Below are positions 34,552-38,670 of a stretch of 38,670 nt of DNA, in pieces. The stretch is taken from positions 1-38,670 of the IMG/VR virus record IMGVR_UViG_3300035670_000594, one strand, 5' to 3'. The position numbers and the translations under genes are program-made. Under the pieces are notes generated by a model. The model was not told the origin of the DNA. It saw nothing but the letters and a program-made list of their open reading frames with translations, and searched no databases. The number at the start of each line of letters is the position of its first letter. Position 1 is the stretch's first letter. The stretch comes from a virus. Its lineage: Duplodnaviria; Caudoviricetes.

Positions 34552-35952
34552 TTATGTGTCTGAGACGAATTCGTACTCGACAGTTACTTTTGATATTGCC
34601 GTCCCACCTGTAGTCCAACTAACAGTTGGGCGAAAAGCGTGACATTGTTTTTTAATTTCAAATCTTTTTGATGTTATTGCTCCGTGGGTAGCAAATGATA
34701 TTGTTCCTAAAGAGGTTGAAGTTCCATAGTCTGTATCAAGTCCCACTGTAATACTGTCTCCACTAACAAGTGGTTTAAAATAGAATTTAACATACTTGGC
34801 TATTACTGTTTGTCCGAAATCTTTAAAAGGATACTTGAGTGTCGCTGCCCCGTTACCTGTTGAAAAATATTGTAAATAGTAATTTGAACCAGTATATGAC
34901 GAAACAAATAAAAGGTTGTAGATTCCTTTAATCATTAATATACCACTGCCAGTTGGATTATATAGTTGAGATGTTATATATGGGCTATTTAAATCTTTTT
35001 TACCCACAGAGAGAACTATGTCTTCGACACCATTACTTCCAGAAGTATATATGTTATTATTAAGTTTGTCTGAGTAGCTAGTATTTGTGTTAAAAGTATA
35101 TAAAGAACCAATAGTATTTTTATTTTCAAATGATAGCTCTTGGATTGTATCTAAACCGTTATCTCCTAATTGCTTTAATGCTCCATTAACATATATAACC
35201 AAATCATTATTAACATTAAAAGAATTTATCACGGCATCTGGAACTGAAATTCTTTTTACTGGTAACGTTGTTGAAGAGCCATCCAATAAAAGAATTTGAT
35301 ATTCATAAGAGTACCCGTTGTAAATAACCACACCAAGATAATTATAATAGTTGAAAAAACTTTTAACCGCCCAGTTGCTTCCTATGTCGAACCAAGTTGG
35401 TGTCAGTGTTCCATCATTTCCATTACTTCCGTCAAATTTTGCAATATAATTTGAACTAGCTGTGGTATACCCAACCATCATAAAGTTTTGCCATACATAA
35501 GGCACAGCAGCTGTTCCTAAAGATGAGGCTCCAGCTGGTGTGGTTGCAATCCAATTATCAGTGAAGTTAGTTCCATCATACAACCCAGCGGTAGTTCCAT
35601 AAAAATAAAATATTGTGTTAACATTTAAAGTCCCTCCAACTTTTGTCTGGTAAGCACACATTTTAGATGTCGCACTAGCACCAGGAGTATCGTGAACTTT
35701 AGTAGCTGTGTTATTTACTGTATCTACAGAATAAATTTTATAATTATTTGTTAGAGCTAATAAGGCGTTACTATAAGCCATATCTTTAAAGTATGAATTA
35801 GATGTCTCGGTTATAGTTGTTCCTGCCGCTGCTGGTTTTAAAAACCCCCAATCTCTAAATGGGTCAATTAAATAACCTACCGAGTATTTGTCGTCTTCGT
35901 TTTTTATTGAATTAGTTAATCCGTTTCTACCTTGAAAAATTGCTTTTGCCAT
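34552..35952 (-). CDS. Putative tail nozzle/stabilisation protein (beta-rich)
   Basis: Position after the adaptor; beta-rich composition; size. Confidence 0.5.
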   Translation of the reverse strand: MAKAIFQGRNGLTNSIKNEDDKYSVGYLIDPFRDWGFLKPAAAGTTITETSNSYFKDMAYSNALLALTNNYKIYSVDTVNNTATKVHDTPGASATSKMCAYQTKVGGTLNVNTIFYFYGTTAGLYDGTNFTDNWIATTPAGASSLGTAAVPYVWQNFMMVGYTTASSNYIAKFDGSNGNDGTLTPTWFDIGSNWAVKSFFNYYNYLGVVIYNGYSYEYQILLLDGSSTTLPVKRISVPDAVINSFNVNNDLVIYVNGALKQLGDNGLDTIQELSFENKNTIGSLYTFNTNTSYSDKLNNNIYTSGSNGVEDIVLSVGKKDLNSPYITSQLYNPTGSGILMIKGIYNLLFVSSYTGSNYYLQYFSTGNGAATLKYPFKDFGQTVIAKYVKFYFKPLVSGDSITVGLDTDYGTSTSLGTISFATHGAITSKRFEIKKQCHAFRPTVSWTTGGTAISKVTVEYEFVSDT

Positions 35953-36236
35953 TATGTTATTGTCGCACTATAAGTTGTTCCGCTTATTCGTGCATTTATT
36001 TTTCTAGTTCCGCTAATATTTGATAACCAAACCTCTCCGTCATCTGGAGTACCAACTCTAGCCACAGTGTAAATAGGAAGATTAGCTATTAGTTTATAAA
36101 CTTTTAATATATCGTAAAAAGGTAAGAATTCTTTTTTCACTACTTGAATTTCAGTATTTTTAGTTTCTAAAACTCGTATCCTTTCTTCAAGGCGTTCTAC
36201 GACTTGTTGAAGTTCATTTATTTTTTGGTCTTCCAT
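35952..36236 (-). CDS. Small virion hypothetical protein
   Basis: Coiled-coil N-terminus; DGEVW. Confidence 0.55.
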   Translation of the reverse strand: MEDQKINELQQVVERLEERIRVLETKNTEIQVVKKEFLPFYDILKVYKLIANLPIYTVARVGTPDDGEVWLSNISGTRKINARISGTTYSATIT

Positions 36237-37468
36237 TATGGTTTAGTTTTATATGTCCAAGTTGTCGTTGGTTTAGTTTTGTTAGACCAACTACTAAATG
36301 ATGAATATGATAATCCACTTCCACTATTATATAAACGCATCACCTCTCCACTCGTTAAAGCTCTTGACCAAATACCTACTTCGTCTATTGCACCATTCCA
36401 ATAATTACCATCATAAGTTCCGCCCCTACCGATTGCAGTCCCTTGTGCTGTTGGTTTTGAGCCATCACCACCGCTTGAAGTATTTGTGTTTGATAAAGAA
36501 CCATCTATATAAAATATCGGTGCATCTGTTCCTGTTTGAGTAACTACAATATGGTGCCAATCAGTATCTATTGTTCCATCACTATAATATTGCCTATAAT
36601 CATTTGAACTTGTTTGCCATCCAAAGAATACTTTTTCAATATCATTGACCCCAAATTTCCAACCGACAGTACTAGTATTATTAACATCTGCAATTGCAAA
36701 CTTAAACGAACCAGTTGATGCTTTTTTTACCCACGCTGAAATAGAAATAGTAGCAGGACACGCTATCGCAGTTCCCAATGCTATCCTACTCGTTGTCCCA
36801 TTAAATCCTGCTCCCTGGTTTATTTTTCCGTATGACGCACTATAAATATAAAAGTTTATATCATAAGCAGAAGCTGACCAAGAAGAACCATCTGCTGAAT
36901 ATGTAGCGTTTTGCCCAGTTGGCACACCAGAAGTTAGTAAACTTATTTCTATCGTATTTGATTCTGCTCCATTATCGTATGCGAATACTACAAAATAAGT
37001 AGTAGTTGCTGCTAATGTTATTTTATTCACACCTGAAAATGTAAATTCATGATAAGCAAACGTATTCCCAACAGCTGATATATCAAAATTATCAGAAGTA
37101 GCCAAGGCAGCACCAGTTGGTATAGCAGTAGAGCCAGGAGTTCCAGTTATAGCATAAATCTTTGCTGTTGCATTTCCCGTGCATTGTGTTGAATTGTATT
37201 TTAAATTAAACTTACACTTATCCAATGGTACATCTGTTGTTGTAGTAAAAGATTGCCCACAAAATTTATTAGTTTCTCCTACATTATATGAATCATTTGG
37301 TGATGTTGTGAAAGAGTCTATTACTCCGCCATTTGCAGCATATATAATATCCGTATCTGTTCCATCATTAGAACCAACACTATCGGTGCTGTCCCCATCA
37401 AGTTTCCAATAGGATACTAAGTTATCAGTCAGTAACTTTGGTTTAGTTTTATATGTCCAAGTTGTCAT
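36236..37468 (-). CDS. LamG/concanavalin-like virion protein with an inserted domain
   Basis: LVSYWKLD, GKINQGAGFNG, ISISAWVK, WHHIVVT and GAIDEVGIWSRALT. Confidence 0.8.
   Translation of the reverse strand: MTTWTYKTKPKLLTDNLVSYWKLDGDSTDSVGSNDGTDTDIIYAANGGVIDSFTTSPNDSYNVGETNKFCGQSFTTTTDVPLDKCKFNLKYNSTQCTGNATAKIYAITGTPGSTAIPTGAALATSDNFDISAVGNTFAYHEFTFSGVNKITLAATTTYFVVFAYDNGAESNTIEISLLTSGVPTGQNATYSADGSSWSASAYDINFYIYSASYGKINQGAGFNGTTSRIALGTAIACPATISISAWVKKASTGSFKFAIADVNNTSTVGWKFGVNDIEKVFFGWQTSSNDYRQYYSDGTIDTDWHHIVVTQTGTDAPIFYIDGSLSNTNTSSGGDGSKPTAQGTAIGRGGTYDGNYWNGAIDEVGIWSRALTSGEVMRLYNSGSGLSYSSFSSWSNKTKPTTTWTYKTKP
36239..36266. repeat. 28-bp direct repeat, copy 1
   Basis: tggtttagttttatatgtccaagttgtc, identical to 37439-37466. 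Confidence 0.9.
37439..37466. repeat. 28-bp direct repeat, copy 2
   Basis: Identical to 36239-36266, exactly 1200 bp away. Confidence 0.9.
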
Positions 37469-37587
37469 TAGTTAAATAAGTGCCAAATTAATATTGCTGT
37501 GAGCCAAATTATAGTGGCTAATATAAATCCTTTTATAGCCTCGTGAGAAGTAAGAGTGTTAAAAATTTCTATTAATTTAGTTATCAT
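37468..37587 (-). CDS. 39-aa single-TM protein
   Basis: Manual translation MITKLIEIFNTLTSHEAIKGFILATIIWLTAILIWHLFN. Confidence 0.45.
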   Translation of the reverse strand: MITKLIEIFNTLTSHEAIKGFILATIIWLTAILIWHLFN

Positions 37588-37602
37588 TTGTTTTTAATAT
37601 TC

Positions 37603-38340
37603 CTATAAACTAGAACGAGTAGATGGTCTTATATTTTGCTTAACATCTGATTGTCGCAAACTATAATGCGTCTCAAGTTCTTTGTTTTTATTGTTTAGCA
37701 ATACTGTTAGTTGTTGCCACTTGTCATTCATTCCCAACGAAAGTGCCTTATCTGCAGCTATTCCCAACCCTAATAAGTCGTGAAATTGTCGTGGTATACC
37801 AGGTTCCATGGCTAAAGTAGTAGCACTTGTTGTAATTGCTGGTGTTATATCTCCATGTAAGAACAATGTAAGCCCACTTGTTGTAGTAACATCTCCTGCT
37901 GATGGTTTAGGGAAAAGTGAAATGACATTACCTCGTAACTTATAGTATTTAGGCATACCAGCAGTTTCTAGGAACTCTTGTTCTGCATAGCCTTTATCTT
38001 GATATGTTATAGGTTCTAGTCTTTGACTATCACCATTTGAATCTAACGCTGTAACGGCTTCAATATCATAGGTGGTTGTTTCCAAAGCATAATCCTGTTG
38101 GTTAGCAACTAAGTCAGTTGTGGCTTGGTTCATACTTGTTTGATTGTTATCCACAAACTTCCAAGTATTCTGAACTCTCCAAATCCTTTCGCTAGTATTT
38201 CTTAACCAAACATTAAACAACCTAACATACTCTGTTGTTCCCAGAGTTGTAGTGTCTGTGCTTGGAATACCTAATACTCCAAGAGTATAATGGTATATTG
38301 AATTATATTGCCCCGCACTGGAGCTATCGAATATTTTCAT
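37603..38340 (-). CDS. Head-tail adaptor (tail tubular A-like)
   Basis: LVANQQDYAL, GMPKYY...LFPKP and PGIPRQFHDLL motifs. Confidence 0.7.
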   Translation of the reverse strand: MKIFDSSSAGQYNSIYHYTLGVLGIPSTDTTTLGTTEYVRLFNVWLRNTSERIWRVQNTWKFVDNNQTSMNQATTDLVANQQDYALETTTYDIEAVTALDSNGDSQRLEPITYQDKGYAEQEFLETAGMPKYYKLRGNVISLFPKPSAGDVTTTSGLTLFLHGDITPAITTSATTLAMEPGIPRQFHDLLGLGIAADKALSLGMNDKWQQLTVLLNNKNKELETHYSLRQSDVKQNIRPSTRSSL

Positions 38341-38644
38341 TTTTGTTTTTTAATTTATTAACTTCTTCTAATATTGTGTCTAATTGACCTTTCTCTTTCA
38401 GCACCTGTTTAATCTGATGCAATTCTTTATCATTATGATATTGTTTTATTTTATCTAAAAACATCTCCCTTAAAGAACAATCTGAGATGTGGTCTGCTAC
38501 ATAGTCTAAGTGAACCCATACTTTGAATCCTAATGCTTTTGCTTTTTGGCAGAAGTTGAAGTCATTTCCCAACTTCTTGATTCCATCTCTATCATAAACA
38601 TTCTCAAATGGGTGCTCTACTTTTTCTAGGACTTCTCTTTTAAT
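38324..38644 (-). CDS. C-terminal part of the GT2-like glycosyltransferase spanning the circular join
   Basis: GNDFNFCQKAKALGFKVWV...DH; in frame with 414..1. Confidence 0.85.
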   Translation of the reverse strand: MKREVLEKVEHPFENVYDRDGIKKLGNDFNFCQKAKALGFKVWVHLDYVADHISDCSLREMFLDKIKQYHNDKELHQIKQVLKEKGQLDTILEEVNKLKNKNENIR

Positions 38645-38670
38645 TACAATACATCCTGTTCCTGTAGCAT
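38645..38670. repeat. Terminal direct repeat, copy 2
   Basis: Identical to 1-26. Confidence 0.95.

Noticed and set aside
26248-37412. Plus-strand ORFs over tail genes (29853, 31808, 32246 and others)
   Set aside because: Antisense shadows of long structural genes
38147-38155. Perfect DnaA box TTATCCACA
   Set aside because: Isolated, inside the adaptor coding sequence, with no adjacent promoter seen; probably chance
1-38670. Stop-codon reassignment
   Set aside because: Genes are intact under the standard code, and TAA, TAG and TGA all end genes, often in ATGA overlaps

Overview
This window looks like an essentially complete, circularly assembled, AT-rich tailed phage genome, probably podovirus-like. 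Bases 1-26 equal 38645-38670, and a glycosyltransferase reads in frame across that join. Almost all genes are on the minus strand, apart from a small plus-strand early island (13461-14748) and one moron (30355-30498). The head module (terS, terL, portal, scaffold, capsid) is sandwiched inside about 11 glycan genes: a split transketolase, a PglF/CapD-type dehydratase, a DegT aminotransferase, a UDP-sugar dehydrogenase, 2 methyltransferases and 4 glycosyltransferase-like genes. This suggests phage-encoded virion glycosylation. Tail, ejection, LamG receptor-binding and lysis genes follow, then a middle region with nucleases, an MT-A70 methylase, a dATP/dGTP diphosphohydrolase and a stand-alone NrdD glycyl-radical domain. 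I could not recognise a polymerase, primase, helicase, initiator, integrase, tRNA or CRISPR array. The non-coding DNA is rich in structure: DnaA-box-like 9-mers sit 6-8 bp upstream of five promoters, and there are three similar pseudoknots, a ~150-nt structured RNA, a structured leader with a G6AG8 tract, and a likely -1 frameshift at the start of the lysin gene. All calls are by eye from motifs; no searches were run.
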